Source of the DNA: Phoronis australis
Lineage: Eukaryota; Animalia; Phoronida
Length of the DNA: 64,000 nucleotides
Reading direction: 5' to 3'
NCBI GenBank assembly: GCA_002633005.1
Contig: NMRA01000450.1
Location: 1-64,000 of the forward strand
The translations under genes and the position numbers were made by a program. Each line of letters opens with the position of its first letter. The stretch's first letter is position 1. Under the pieces are notes generated by a model. It ran no database searches. It worked only from the letters and a program-made list of their open reading frames with translations, and was not told where the DNA came from. This document shows positions 38,501-53,700 of the stretch, one piece after another.

Positions 38501-41500
38501 TACCTCCATGAGCTGGGTCACGCAATGGGACTGCATCATGAGCACTCGAGACCGGACAGAGACAAGTACATCAGAGTTGAGATGAACAACGTTGAACCAT
38601 CATATAGGTTTGCCTTTGAAAAGATTTCGGACGGTTCAGTTTCCACGGAAATACCGTATGACACCGCGAGTGTAATGCATTACTCTAAAAGGGTAAGGCA
38701 AAATCCATAAGGGGTTACGTAACGGTTCACACTCGGTTTCACAGCAGTTTGATTCTCAGACGTCATGAATTACTCACACTGCACCTCTAATTCTCCCCCG
38801 TCTTGACCAATACCCTGCTCCCAGAAGTCATCACCACTTGTCGCTAACTCCTGTTTTCTCTGATCCTAATGGGGGTTTTCACGAACAGATTCGCACTAAT
38901 TTCTCCGGTTCCTATCAGCTACACAAAATTGCGTTTACGATGATCCTCAAATTGTGGTTGAGTGATACGAAAAAACCGATACTCGTCCACATGCGGCAAC
39001 TTGCTGTTTTCCTAGTCAGTAGAAAAACTTCATTCGTAAAAAAGTTTAATTTTCTTTTGCTTCCACCCGAGCATGTTGATGACGTCATCACAAACCTGTG
39101 TTAATCATGAAACGATATTCGTTGATCTATACATGCAGACAGTCTTATTGCTTCTTATACCTATTTACTGAAACCATCCAAGGAGTTAACCCATACCCGT
39201 TTTACGTGAAGTCATGATTTCGTGGACATTTTGATAGGGTCCAAATCTCGCGAGTCATCTCAAAGCATTGTGAAAAACAATACACCAAACTGAAACTTAT
39301 ACATTGTATCATTTAACGTAACGTTAACTAATCGTGTCTTAAGGTACAGTATCAGTCAGTAATAAACTACTCATAAATAAGTGCCGTCTGTTTGACTTTC
39401 ATTATTCCAAGAAACTGAAAAAAGTACGTATGTTTCTTTGTGGCTCGATTTGAACTGCTGACATCATATTTTTGTGTGTTTACCCGTTCAGAGCATTTTT
39501 GTAGATGTTTCTTTGATGTTGACTTCCTGACGATAAATTATGTTGGCCTTGTATTGGAAGTAGTATTATTTAATCGCCTACAATGTTCCTGCAGCGTCAT
39601 ACTCCATATGTATACATCAATAATTCAAAATTCGCATATTTGATATAACACAGGCCTTTGGGATAGTGGACCCGGACACGAACATGCAACAGCAAACGAT
39701 CTTTGCGCACGATCCCACGAATGATGATTTGATGGGCATTGTAAAATACAAGACGTTGTCCTTCTTTGACATCAAGGAAATTAACATTCTTTATAGTTGC
39801 AACAGTGAGTATAAAATGTTCCCATTGTCGTTTCAAGTTTCGAATTCCACCGCATTATTGATCCTAGCTATAGTTCAGATAGCGTATTACCAAAATCGTC
39901 GCCGTTGCTTTATGTCGGTTGAAGGCCGCAGCTACAGGCGGAACGCTAATAATCTGGTTGTGAAGTCGTCTGTACTACAATGGGCCTAAACTGAAAGGTG
40001 ACCAAGCTTGAGGCAAAATGTGTTGTACTACTGCATACATGGCACGCAACTTGTGAGTAGGAAATTGATGCACTTAGCAGAGCTATTCGTCAATAAAACT
40101 ATTATAAGTTTTTGGGTTAAGTCATTATTAGCCAATCATTACGTCCACGTTAATTCTGAAGTAGCACTGATACCCCGTAAAATGAAACAACTGATTGCCA
40201 TTGTTACATTTTACGTCGCTAGGCATCTCCTAAAGTTTAACAAGTTGTTACATTATATGTTACTGTTACAATTTACGTCGAATGCACATGCGAGAAATGT
40301 GCCGAAAGCGACGTCATATTTCATGAGTTTGTATGGTATTTGTGACACGGAGAAAAACGGTTCACACACTTAACGCCTTCTTTCTCGGATTATTTCAATG
40401 AATTTCAATCAAATGTGCCAGCTCTTGTTTATAGATGTGTCCCTAAGTGCTTTCCACTGTTTTTTAACATGAGAAGTTTTTTGGTATAGTATAAGATGTA
40501 CCCCGTAGAGTTTCAACTCCAGACGAAGGGATTTTCTAGGATCAGACAAAAAGTTTCTATTCTTAAAGCGCTGTTTCAATCTTTTGTTGGCGCTCACAGG
40601 TCATAAACTAATTGTGTAACCGGTATTACAGTAAGCACAATTCCATTTGTAAGCACAACGAGAAACAATGACATCGTATTTTGGTTAATGTTTATCACAT
40701 TTCTTCGGAAAAAACGACAATAACAAAGTTTTCAAGCATAATTAAATTTTGAAAGACAATTTGATAAAAAAACTCGTTTTAGTCCACGATAATTTGACTT
40801 ATTTCAGACAGTATGTTATTGCCTTGAAGTCATCGCTAATGCTCCGCACAAAAGAAGCAAGACCTAAGTTTCTGATCCCGACAGTTTCTGCCAACCTACG
40901 TGTACCACCTTACTTACACGTGGTTGTAGGCACATAACGGAATTTGGTATAATAACCCTTTTACTACATCGCATAAAAAGCACACATTAAACATCGCTGA
41001 CTTCGACGTTGGCAGTTTTTGTTCCATACAACCCAATCACAATAAAACCTACTTCAAATCACTCAGTTATATTACTGTGTTCTTCTTAGAATATCGGGAC
41101 CCGTTCCACATAAAATTGTTTCGTGTTTCGTATGTCTATTACCAACTATTCTAATGATCCGGTGACCACAATCATAGCCAACTAGTCGCTAGTTCTCGAA
41201 AAATGCCTGCCCTCAGAGTTCAACATAACGCTATTTTTTAATTTCCACATCATTGTGGAACGATCCCCAGTTCTTTGAAAAGGAAAGTTTTCAACAAGAG
41301 ACAAAAATGATAACAAGGTGGATATCCTCAAATTTAGATGTAAGTTGCAAGTAAAAGATAACAACCTGAATTCAGTTATTCGCGGCAACTGAACTACAGA
41401 AACATATACTTAGTTGTATTTACAAACATTACCGTGCTTGCTGATAGTTCAGAAATAATCAATTTTTGAAGTTGGAGCACGTCTAAACAATATTCTAAAT

Positions 41501-41746
41501 CCCAACCTACTCTGCATCCACAGCTGCCAAGACGTTTCTCCAATATCTTTAAGGCTGATCATGAGAACCCCTTCAAAATCCCTTTGAATTAGCACTCGCT
41601 GTCCATTATAGATGTATAGGAAGTCCGGTGAAAATATCGAACCATAAATGAGATGATTTTAAAATCTTTGAGAACCATGACGTATTAGCACTTTGTTAAA
41701 ACATGTATTGTGTGAGTTGCACTGTGTCATCGTTAAGTAAATTCAT

Positions 41747-41793
<47 letters not shown>

Positions 41794-44700
41794 GTAATGA
41801 TGATAACGATACTGATGATGAGTGATTTGTAGTAAAAATAGTAATAGTAATAATAGTAATGTAATAGTAGTACAAATATAATGGGTAGCCAGCATTATGC
41901 CGTGTCAGCCAGGAGGGCATTCCTAGAAAAGAGTTTTTTGCAAAACAAAAATTACTCTGCAAAAAAGGTGCCATTTTCGACAAAATACTAAATAAAAGGG
42001 TGGCTTTCTGAATTTCAGGAGCAGGGGCGCATTCCAACAAACTGACTTAAATTCATTTTTGACTTAAGTCTAAGATTTGGCTCAACTTCCAAACTTTGAA
42101 ACTTTCCCACCCACTATGATAGTCAAAATTAAGACAAAACTTAAGTTAAAAATTTATGTCAAACTTAAGATCTCTTTCTTGAAACAAATTTGAGATAATT
42201 TTAAGTTTTGTTTTGAAATTGACGGAAATTTAAGATTTGTCTTAGCTATGTCAGTTTTCGGAACGGGACTCAGAATTGTGCAAAAAAGTGAATATTTACA
42301 AAATTAGTCTCTAAATGGGTCCCTTTTTGTCCGAACCACTNCCGTTCCTCCGGCGCACCATTACATCACTGCATTCCCAAAGTTTGTAGTATGTGCGGAA
42401 TCGCAATTTTTTTTTCTGTCAATAACAATCACACTTCAATTTGATTGGCCATCCAGAACAAGAAGGACAAAAAAAATGTTCACACAGAAACAACACAACT
42501 GTAACCAGTTCAAACAATAAAGTTTTGATTTACATCAAAATATATTTATTTCAAAATATCACATTGACGCAGTAAAATCACAACGTGACACTAAAAGGGA
42601 AATGTCTAGCTGGTACAAATTACTGGGACATGCACTCCACTTCAGCAAAAGTCAGATTTCAACCAACTCTAATTTAATCCTTCAATTCAGTTGGATCCGA
42701 CATTTACTGACATACAATTATGTTACTAGTACATTTGTATTGACAACACCCCGCCATAAAATAAATATGACAAAACTCAATGGTTGTAAACTCTATCTGC
42801 CCTGTCCTACACACCCAGGCATTAATACACTGTAAGTATAAGAAGACCATAAGCAGGACAGAATATAAAAATGATGGTTTTCCTCAAGTAAGACAGTTGC
42901 AGATTTTGATAGCTTGCCAGGCTACATAACATTTGTCCCATCTCTTGAAATCTACAACCCCTTTACCGTCCCAATATGACATTGTGGGGTGTAGCATTCT
43001 TGGGGTATCCCTTCCTTCGATCCGGCCCTATTCATGACAACTTGGCTATATTAATAAATCTTCGAATTTGTGTGCACTCTGTTAAAATGTACAGCTATTA
43101 ATCTTGTTTGTTCGTTGCTATAAAACAACAGATATCTTGGAGAGATTAAGGTCATTAAACCCTTAAAACCTATTTTTAACGGTAACACCTGAAAATTTGG
43201 TTCCTACAGTATGTTAAGAGCATCCCTCTGAGCCCACTAGTGCTATAAATTGTCAAATGTAACGAACTGTTAGGCGGATTGGCTTGCTTCTGTCTTGGTC
43301 ATCGCGAGAATCACATTTTAATTCAGACAGATGCGAATAACACCCGCACGCAATGGTGTTGTATTCAGACCCTTATTCAATACAACCTTTTGTTTTTTGT
43401 GCTGGGATCTTGCAGTGACGCAACATGGCACGAACAGGCAGCTTCACTTACCATTTGACGGGCTTACATTTGCGTAATTGAGATCGCATTTTCATATTTT
43501 ACTAAGGCATTGCTAGGACTATCTGGTTAGCCCAATATATCTAAAATAACAAAATTCCGTTGAAGTTAGGCTTTAAAGACATATCGGACTAAAAACGAAA
43601 GTCAAGTAAAAACCCATTGACTTAAGTGGGTGTTCTAGGTACCAAATGAAGTTGAACAATACTGTTTCTGCGATTGGATTCTCACCCAAAAATCAGTTTA
43701 TTTCAGTTTCAATTTTTAAACCTCGAAAGACCAAAAATTATAACACTCAGTGCTCAAGTATGCAATAATTTTCTTGGATGATTTTCTAAAAATCCTAATT
43801 TGCACTTTATGATCCTAACATTAAAGATATGAGATTTTACTTGAAATCCCGTGTTCTTACCAATATTGGTTCCTAAATACTACAAAGTACACACTCATCT
43901 CAACTAACATTGTTCATCACCAAGATGGCGGACCACTCCGCTCAACGAAAACCACGTGACTTCAACTTTATGTATATAGCTCATTGGCTCTCACCAATTT
44001 AATTAAAGCCCCCATGTGGTTGTTTCTGAGTTCTCTTTCGGATCCGTTTTGTGGCACATGACAACTATATGCAAAATGTGTCTAGTTATTGTTCCTTAAA
44101 AGAACTGTTAAACTTTCAAATATATTTAATATATGTTTACGGGAGTGTCACCACGCAGTAGCCACGTTGTTGATGAAGTAAAACCTGACTGATATTGCAA
44201 GTAAATTTAAAGCCTTGGTAGAACAAAAAAATCACCCAACCAATGTCACCATCATTGAATAGAATTGTCTAATCTGGAGTACATTCAATAACCCCTCTTA
44301 CAACATTTTTAAAACCCACTGGCGAATGAGGGCACCGTGGTAAGCAACACAAATTTCCGAAAGAGCACCTCCACCTTTTCCGAAAGAACCTTCCTGAGGC
44401 GTTTTGTGGACGCAGGGGGCTATTTGTGAAATCCGTGTAAATTTAGAAACTAACACTGGTTTTCCCAACAAGAGGGAACATTTGTCCCCTCTAAGTTTTG
44501 ATTCAATTTCAATTCCACATTGATGTCCCCCCAGCAGAGGCATAAACTTTCACAAACCCTTTCCCGCTTATAATGCAGTGATGTTTGTACGTTAATAAAT
44601 GTGCAGCACTTCTATAACCAATATTCAACTGATTTGGTACTTGTCATGTTTCCTAAAGGATTGTTCAAGGCACTATGCACAAAATAATGACGAGCTGTGT

Positions 44701-47700
44701 GTGTTTTCTCTGCATCCTTTTTACACATAAACCCAGAACTAACGACACCAATTAGGCTAGTAAACTCACGCGGCTTTAAAATAAGGAATTCAATAATACA
44801 GTCATAAAGTTAACTGTAATGTCATCTTGCGCGGAGCCAGAGGCGTTTTGGAAGCGGAAACGAGACATTGACTGTATACCGCTACCTGCACAATGCCAAG
44901 CTTTTCATGCACCAGTTCAGTGGCCAGTGTCCATTAAGTATTCTTGCTAATGCATTGAAAAGATCGTTTCCAACATTAATAAAGTTAAAGTTCTCATGTC
45001 TTCCCTTAACACTTTATTACAAAGCCAACATGCCCTACGTATTTTCAGAGCCAACTTCAAACATCTAGTAGGTTCCAAACTAAGTATTTAGATAATGTGG
45101 CCACGGACAGAAAATGTGACAATAAGTTGGAGTTGGACCCTGGGATTACAACCCTGGTCATAGTTTCTGAAGTAATATCCGCTAAATTTGAATCCTGTAG
45201 AATGGTACAGCTATTGGGGAAGTTGGCACGCTGACGTGCAAGCGAGCTCACGTACTGTAGATTAATGTTCAAGCAAACTGACGCATAAGGGAATGGTTAA
45301 GAATCTAGTACAATAAATAAACACTGTACACTGTGATTATGACTGTGCTTTATTTTTAGAACACTGCAATCGGTTACCTCGCTGTACAGACGGTGGATTT
45401 GTAGACAAGACGTGCCAATGCCTGTGTCCAGATGGAAACAGAAACTGTCAAGTGGGCGGGCGTAAAGGAGAACGAGTGACAAGTACGTTTCTGTTGGAAT
45501 ACTGCGCCTGCAGACATTAAAATATCGGAGCGCATTTCGTAAACGCACCAAAAAACGTCTTCACCTAAAGAAAGAAGACACTGGAATATATCCGATAAAA
45601 CGATCAATCGGTTCTGTAGGCAACATAATAATGATGTGCTCAAATTTTCTCGGAAAGTAGCCTTGATGGGTATATTCTTTGTTACTTCGTACTTTAACGC
45701 AAATGGGTTAAAACTATTTTTCAGAAATTTTTATTAAGTGTGTAAACCAAATAAATGTCTTGAGTTTTAAGCCACTATCATGAAACAGATCCTTGGCCCA
45801 TTTTGTTCCGTATCCAGATGAGAAGTGACTTTCGTGAAGACTTGGAAAGGCTGACAGTTCGTTATTGCATGAAATCATACTTGACCTGTCGGTACCGTTG
45901 TAAGTCCTTCTAAAGCCTAGAAATCACTTTTTAAAGCACGAGTAAGGAATTCGCTGTCTTGTTTACGCTAGTATGGTCTTAAACGATTTCGTATGGGTCG
46001 ATTATTGGATAGTCATGTTGCCGACACGGTGCTATCATGGGCTACTTCATCAGAATTTATTGTAGTTTATGCAATCCATTCACGCCATTAACCGGTAACC
46101 ATTCAAAAAAGTGTAGTAATTCGACCGTAATCACACGAGGCGAACGATTTGTCCGAACAAACTTGCAAATATTCGACGATCAGACGTGTCGTATTTGAGA
46201 TTAGTATATTGAACAATCCCGTACCACAGTCAGATCGTGTAGAATGAGATACAGACGACTTCGGATGGACAGAATGTCGATAAGATATGGCGCGGTATAT
46301 ATATATCCGAGGGTTTGGAAAGGGTTTAAATTATGATCCGCCTGAAATCCAAAGCGTGCTCCCCACTCTTAAACGGAACGTACAATTTCAAATAATTGTT
46401 CAACGTTTCCAATGCATTAAGTCAAGATATGAGCATACCATAAACGCGACATAAGGTTTTATTTCATTTCGTTCTACAGATTGTAAAAATCGCTACAGGA
46501 ATGAGATGGAATGTGAAAAATGGGCCAGAGAGAACCAATGCCAGATAAACCCAATATTCATGATACCAAATTGTATGAAGTCTTGCAAGAGATGCCACAT
46601 CAACTACAAAGGTGACAGCGGCCGTGCCAAGGGTAAATATATTTTGTGTGGACATTATTCGACGTCTCATTTCATTCTAGCAAAGACCACTTGTTTGTGA
46701 AATTTGACTTTTAATCGAGTTAAATCTAAGAAAACAACCAATAGGAGAGTGCATCTGTCTTCAGTTGTTGCAGCAATAATCATGGAAGGTAATAGTTTGT
46801 TGTAAACTTGCAAAAGACTTGTGAAATGTGGCAATGTCGCAGTGCTTGAACATGTCATTAATATTCAAACAACATTATAATGAACATAACCACAACCAAT
46901 ATTTTCATCACTTACGACCAGATAGCTGTGATAAGATCTCTGGTGTGTCTTCTAATAACACTCTGCATAATTTTCAGGCAGTTGTAGCAACCCATTAGGA
47001 GATGAAGAATGTCGGGACCTAGCCTATGCCTACTACTGTAACATCAACCCTGTCTACATGTTGGTCTACTGCCCTCAGGCCTGCGGCTGGTGTGACAGAA
47101 AACTGCTCACTGGTGAGTCGCCGTGGTTATTTAGGAGGGCAATCCTATATTGTGGAACAAAGGGCCAACAAACTGGCCGCAAACTGCTCTCCTTGACTTA
47201 CGATTTCTGGATGGCGGATTGACTGAAACGAGTCTACTGCTGTATTTGCTCGAGAAGGGCCTACATACAGTTGCTGTGTGAACCATAGGTTGAGCAAAAA
47301 AATCCAATATTCCAACAGGCTCCGTGTTTTGACGGACAGTGGTATCGAAAGTCCACTAGTCCCAATACCGTTTAGCGAGAGATTGCATTCGCGTGTACAA
47401 ATGGACTTTCCAATAGGTTTCTCCTCTCTTACGCACCAACCGATTCGAACGACCACTTGTCAGATCAATCACTCCTTCAGAATCAAAGCAACAGTAAAAT
47501 GCTAAAATCCGCCTTGCTTCTATACAACAACATGTTTTATTTGTAGGAAATGGTGGAAGAGGGAAAATTTAGCCAGTACCAGCGCCTTTGCCAGATTTTC
47601 CATTTGCGGATACGCCTGGCCAGGGAATTTTTGTTATATCGCCCCTCCCCTCCCTCCCCACTTAAAATGCAGTCTACGGTCGCTTCACGACGTTTTCATT

Positions 47701-50700
47701 TTCACATGTGCTTGGAAAACCCCCGAGAAAACTTTTTCAGATTCCCAGAGCAAATTGATTCATAGTTTAAGCTCCAAGAAGACAATGTTAGGGAATACGA
47801 AGCTGAGTCCCTAGTGCCCCGGATAATGGAGTAATCTGACGCTTCCCTCCCCGTTTTTTTGTTTTTAAAAGTTTATAAACTTTGATTAAAATCTTTACTC
47901 TTGGAGAGGAACAACTGATGGCAGCCAAGGCTACCCTATTGCTATATTTTATTTATAACCTATTTTCTTAACGGGTCACTCACGGAGGAGGCTGACATTA
48001 TGGAATCACCTATCACTATATTTTTGAGGACGACATAGCTTTTCACAGTGGAGGTCATGTATTTGGGCAGCATGCCTCTCCTGTTAAATCCCCCCCCCCC
48101 TTAGAAGGGGGTCCTTTGTTGTATGGGCGGCCGCGCATGGTCAGGCATGTGGCTAAAACAACCAAAACGTGAAATTATTATAAATACAAATCAAAAAATA
48201 GAATAAATAAATAGAATTGACTGTAACTGAAAGACAGGATAACTTGAAAAGCACTATTTGTACATGACTACACAAAAGCAATACTGCCGAGGGCTTCGTA
48301 GCGATAATAACGCGTAATTTTTATAAATAATTCTAAGAGTAACACTTCTTTTGTCGATGGTCACATGTGTTAGGAAAGCAATTATGAAGAGAAAAACATT
48401 TTTTTTTGTTTATAAGGTATTCAGGAGTGACCATGTGCAGTGTACATGTATTGCACATCAAGGAGGTTGATATGTTGTAATAGAGATTTCTTTATTGGAA
48501 ACCATGAAGATGAAATCAGACAGACATCTCAAACAACTATGACGAAACACTACCACTACAACACCTCCAAGTCAATCGAATGAACCTGAATTTGTTTCTT
48601 TAAGTCTGTCAGATAGTCTTATGTTTGTCTGACAGTGTTCATCTCCTGTAGCAAATCTGGTATTTCTTCTTTTGGGCTTGACGTCTTTAACATCCGCACA
48701 TGAAAGTTTTTTAAAGGTTCTGTATTTTCATGTTTGTCACTTGGTACGATATTAGCAAATTCTTCACCATGATTAGTATGAACGGGTTCATCACCTGGTT
48801 CAGTATCTTCGTCACTGGTATAACGCGGACGTAACTGATCTATGTGACTGATACTGTTGCACGAGGACAAACACATTTACTGAATGTTGTCCAGAAACTT
48901 TGACCACCACTGCCGGTACCCATCGAGGTTCCCTATTTCTTTTAGGCCCACAGTAAAACTCAGAGTATTACGACCCAACTTTGTTCGAAAAAGTAAACGA
49001 GAAACTGATGCACTTCCTTTCTTATAGTGTGACTTTCTGGTCTGTAATGACTGTTTGCCTCAAGCGGCACGAACAGGAGAAGGTAATAAAGCATCTAGCT
49101 TACAGCGTATTTGGCGACAATTAAGAAGGTCACTCGGCGTCCGTACCGTATAAGAAACTCTTGTAAAGGTCTCCTCGGCTGCAATGGCGATTTTCCCAAA
49201 GCTTGTTTAAAAGACTGAACAAGTCTCTCGCCAACTACGTTAGTAACAGGATGATATGGCGCCCCTGTAAGATGGATGATTCCACACTCGCGACACCATA
49301 CTTGAAAGTCTTCTGAAATGAATGACGTTGCATCGCCAGTCACTATTGTATGTGGATGACCAAAACGAGCAAAAATTTGCTCTAAAAGGTCTGTGGTTGC
49401 TTCAGTTCATACACTGTACTGACGATGCATGATGAATACAAGGATACTGGCTGTAGGCGTCTACGAGTACTAATTAATTTGACCAAAGAAAATGAACTGC
49501 ATGATCCAGATTAAGACGACTCCATGGCTTCTCTGGAAGCATCCACGGTTAAACAACAGTTTTGAATGGCTTATTTTGGTTTTCAGAACGTAACGTACAT
49601 CGTCTTACTAGATCCTCAATGTCACCGTCAATGTGAGACCAAAATGAAACTGTTCGAGTTGTTTCATTCTCTGCATCCCAAAATATCCTATATGAAATAA
49701 TGCTGCTCCTTGTTTCCGAATTTAAAAGGTACACCTAATCGAACCTAGTAGAACAAGCATCCATTTTCAGTGGAGAGATTTAATGTAACTTCTTGAAATA
49801 TCGCTCTTCGTCCGACTCTGAATCTTTCGGCCAACCTTATTTAATGTAACGAATACCATTGAAATTACAGAATCCTTCTGTGATCTTTCATGACTAAATT
49901 TGGATTAACAAGGTATAACTGAAGACTCATCTGTTTTATTAAACACGCCACACTCACATCTGCTTGCTCCTATTCACCATCAAAACCGATGTCTTGCCCG
50001 CATTTCCAGGGTCCGAATTTCCCTTGTATTCTATAGTTTAATCTTACTGGTTTAAGTAGAGACCATCTGGCCAATCTGTTAGCAGCCATTGCTGGCACTC
50101 TTTTCGTAGGACCAAACAAGGTATTTAAAGGCTAATGATCTGTGAGAAATGTGAAACGTCTTCCACAGAAAAATTGGTGAAACTGTTTAAGCGCAAAGAT
50201 GATTGCTAAAGCTTCCTGGTGAATTTGGCTGTATTTGTATTGAGTGTTCGTTAGAGACTTACAAGCGTTCGAAATTGGACGTTCACTGCCATCCACGTAA
50301 CGGTGAGAAAGAACTACACCTATTCCTACATCTGAGGTATAGCATGAAATTCCAATGTTTACATTAGAATCCAAATGAACTAACACAGCATCAGAGCAAA
50401 GAGCTTTTTTCAAATTTTGGAAAACAGCATGGTCATCTTTTCCCCATCTTCATGAAATATTCTTTCGTGTTAGCTAATTTAATGGTTCTGAAAGAGTGAT
50501 AAGGTTTTTAATAAACTTTCCGTAGAATTGCAACAAACCAGGAAAAGAGCGTAGACTTGCCACATCGTAAGGTGGTGGCATCTTAAGAACTAAATCAACC
50601 TTTGAACCTTTTGATATACCCTTTTGTGTCAGTGAATGCCGGAGGTATTTGACTGTTGTTTGTGCAACTTTTTTCTTTACGGCATCGCATTTCTTTGTCT

Positions 50701-53700
50701 TGTAATCTTTGCATTAAGGCAGGAATTTTGCTTAGGTATTCAGTAGCATTCTCACCACTGACTAAAATGCAATCAAGGTAAACTACAACACCTCGAAGAT
50801 CACCTGTTAACTTTTTCATTATTTCTTGAAAATACCCTGGAGCAGAACTAATGCCAAAAGGTAGGCGTTGTTGTAGAAGAACCCCTTGATGAGTAGATAG
50901 CTCTTGTCGTCTTTGACTTTCAGTAGATTATTTAATCCGGTTATATGCATCAGCCAAATCAATTTTTGTAAAGAAATGTTTACCACTCAGTTTCGTCATT
51001 AGGTCTTCAGGTAGAGATATCGGATGACGATGTGTTCCAAGTGTGAATTTACAGTAACAAAATAATCACCACAAACACGCCATTTCCGTTTTCGTTGTCT
51101 AGGCAAAAGTTATTTCTGTACGGGAAAAACTGGTGTACCATAGTCTCTGAATTGAGATTTCGTCACGCTTGATATCTGCTTTATACGCATGATTTAAATC
51201 CTCAAGCAATGCATGTGGTATAATACGAGGCTTGCAATACTTTGGCTCGGCGTTCGACTTGAATTAAACTTCTAGTTCAAAATCCTTCAGACAACCGAGT
51301 TCTGTCTTAATTGCATCAGGACATTCTTTACAAAGTTCTTCGCATCCTTTTTGGAGGCTTATATCTACTTCTGTTCGCGAGTGAAAGACATTCACTTTCT
51401 CTCAAAGTGAAGTAACGTCTATCTTGAGTTGGCGTAACCCTGTGCCCGGTTGAATGAAACAATCCCAAATAGGGACTCAACTCAGGTCGTAAATCTACTG
51501 CGTATTTGCAAGCTTGTGAAAACACTAATTTTCCTATCTTATGTTTTTTTGAGAATCATCGATGTGCCAATTTTTGGCTTTGATATAAATCGAATGTGAA
51601 ATATAGATTGAAATCTCAATGTTACTGAAAATAAGTAGGGAACTTTAAATGCAACGCCCCCAATTTAAGGACTAAGTCCCTAACTAACTGCTTTGATTGA
51701 ATTAAGGCCTCACTTTTTAGTTATAATATTAGAAAATGTTATTAGTCAAATAAGAGCTCACAATAAAGATAGAACTATACAAAAATATTACATCTGTGCG
51801 TAAAGAATGAAAAAATATGAAAAAGATTTAGGGAACTTAGTTGAGTCCTTATTTGGGACTGTTTCATGCAACCCGACACTGAACTGCCTACTAGATTTAA
51901 AACATTTTGACTGACAAGCATATGCAATGTGTTTTTTACGCTGACCGTCCACGCAAACTTCAGCCTTGAATATTCCTATGATTGGAAGTAGCTGGCTATT
52001 CGCTGCAAAATATATTCTGTGACTAGCGTTAAGTTTTGGTTTCCCTAAATTTGCCCAAGTCTTCTTGGAAATGAAATTATCAGGCGATCCCGTGTCAACA
52101 TCGAACAACAAATGTCTACCATTTATTCGCAATAGTATTTGAATAGGATCGCCATCCTTTATGTTGTTACCTTATCCAATTTGTTCTGCAGAAATGGTAC
52201 AACTAAAGGTTGGCGTGCTTTTCCCTTTTGCCAAACAAGACAGCTTTAATGCGTCCCTTCTTATGACAGAAGTGGCATTCAACTTTCTTGAAACGGCAAT
52301 CTTATATCCCACAAGGGAACATAATATTCTCTTTGGAAAATCATACCTTTCTGTGCTTTGGTTTGCCTATTGTCTTCCTTCCTTTGTAATTTATAAGTAT
52401 TTGATCTCCGTAAATCATTTCTTTTGCCGCCGTGGATGCCTCTTCAAGTTTCATAGTCACTTTAACTGCTTTTGCGAAGGAAAGTTGATCATCTTTAATT
52501 ATGAACAATGGTTTCAGAACTCCTTCATGAATAATTGAGCAATAGGCAGATAAATCTTGTTCTCGATGCTTCATCGTGTGGATCTTTGTTGGACAAGAAA
52601 TCACAGTTCGTCGCAATTTGTCGGGTCCTAGCCGCTAGCTCTTGAACACTCTCACCAAGTTTACGTTTAGTTTCATTGCAGAATTTGAATTGTTCCCTAA
52701 CAATAAAACGTTTTTCGTCGAATTGTTCTGACATAAATTGCAAAGTTTCATAGACACTCAACTGCTTAATTTCCTTCGAAGGACTCAATTGTTTTGCTAA
52801 GGTACGTAGCTGCTTGTAAACAGAAGATTACTGGTTTGTCAGAAGAAATTGAGCCAATCTTTCATGTGGAATTGAATTGGCTAATACGTAACTTTGAAAC
52901 CTAGCCCAATAGTCTTTCCACAGCTTGGCATTAGAATCAAATTCTCTAACCTTTGGAATTGGGACTGATTGATTGTTCCATTCCTGTTGTGAAATCTTTG
53001 TGCTATGGCTTCCAGCTGTCTGTTAGTGGCTTCTCTTTATTCCAAAACTTACTGTTGCATAAGGGCACTGATTTCCGAGGTACATGTAGAACAATGACTG
53101 ACTCGACACCTCTCACAGTCGGTTTATATGAAAAGAAATTGGTGCGAAATTCTTGCCTCCCAAAACGTCATCTTCCGTGGAAGAGGACGATTTATCAATT
53201 CAGTTGCGAAAAGTTGTAACTAAGTAAAAAAATGTCTGGGATAACCAATTAACCTTATTTATGCTAAAATGAGATGAAAAAGGTTGCCTTCCCCTTTAAG
53301 TTCATAGCTTTCCTTACCTTAGCTATAATGTGAAATTAATGTCACGTGTCGTGGCTACAAACTCCAAGTAAAATCAGTATTTTTCTAGTTAAAGTATATT
53401 TCATGTGACGTTTCAAATGGTTCTCGGTTTTTTCAAACAGTGGCGACCACCGCCCTAATCGGTGTTCTGGGATAGGCATATTTGAACTTTCGTATGCACT
53501 TTGGAGAAGGAGGCATGTAGTATAGACTGGCCAAACATTCATCAGCTTACGTCAAAATGTAACGAAACATTGATTTCTTAAAGCGAGAGATTTTGGAGTA
53601 TGCATTTGATGATAATTTGAATGGCATGAGTAACGTGAACAGAAAGTCAGCATGTTTCAGTAAGTACCTGAAAACTATAGAAATTAACTAATTGATCTAG

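Noticed and set aside
41696-42040. 114-aa ORF with poly-Y/I/S/L tracts
   Set aside because: Translation of the AAT/GAT microsatellite and adjacent repeat.
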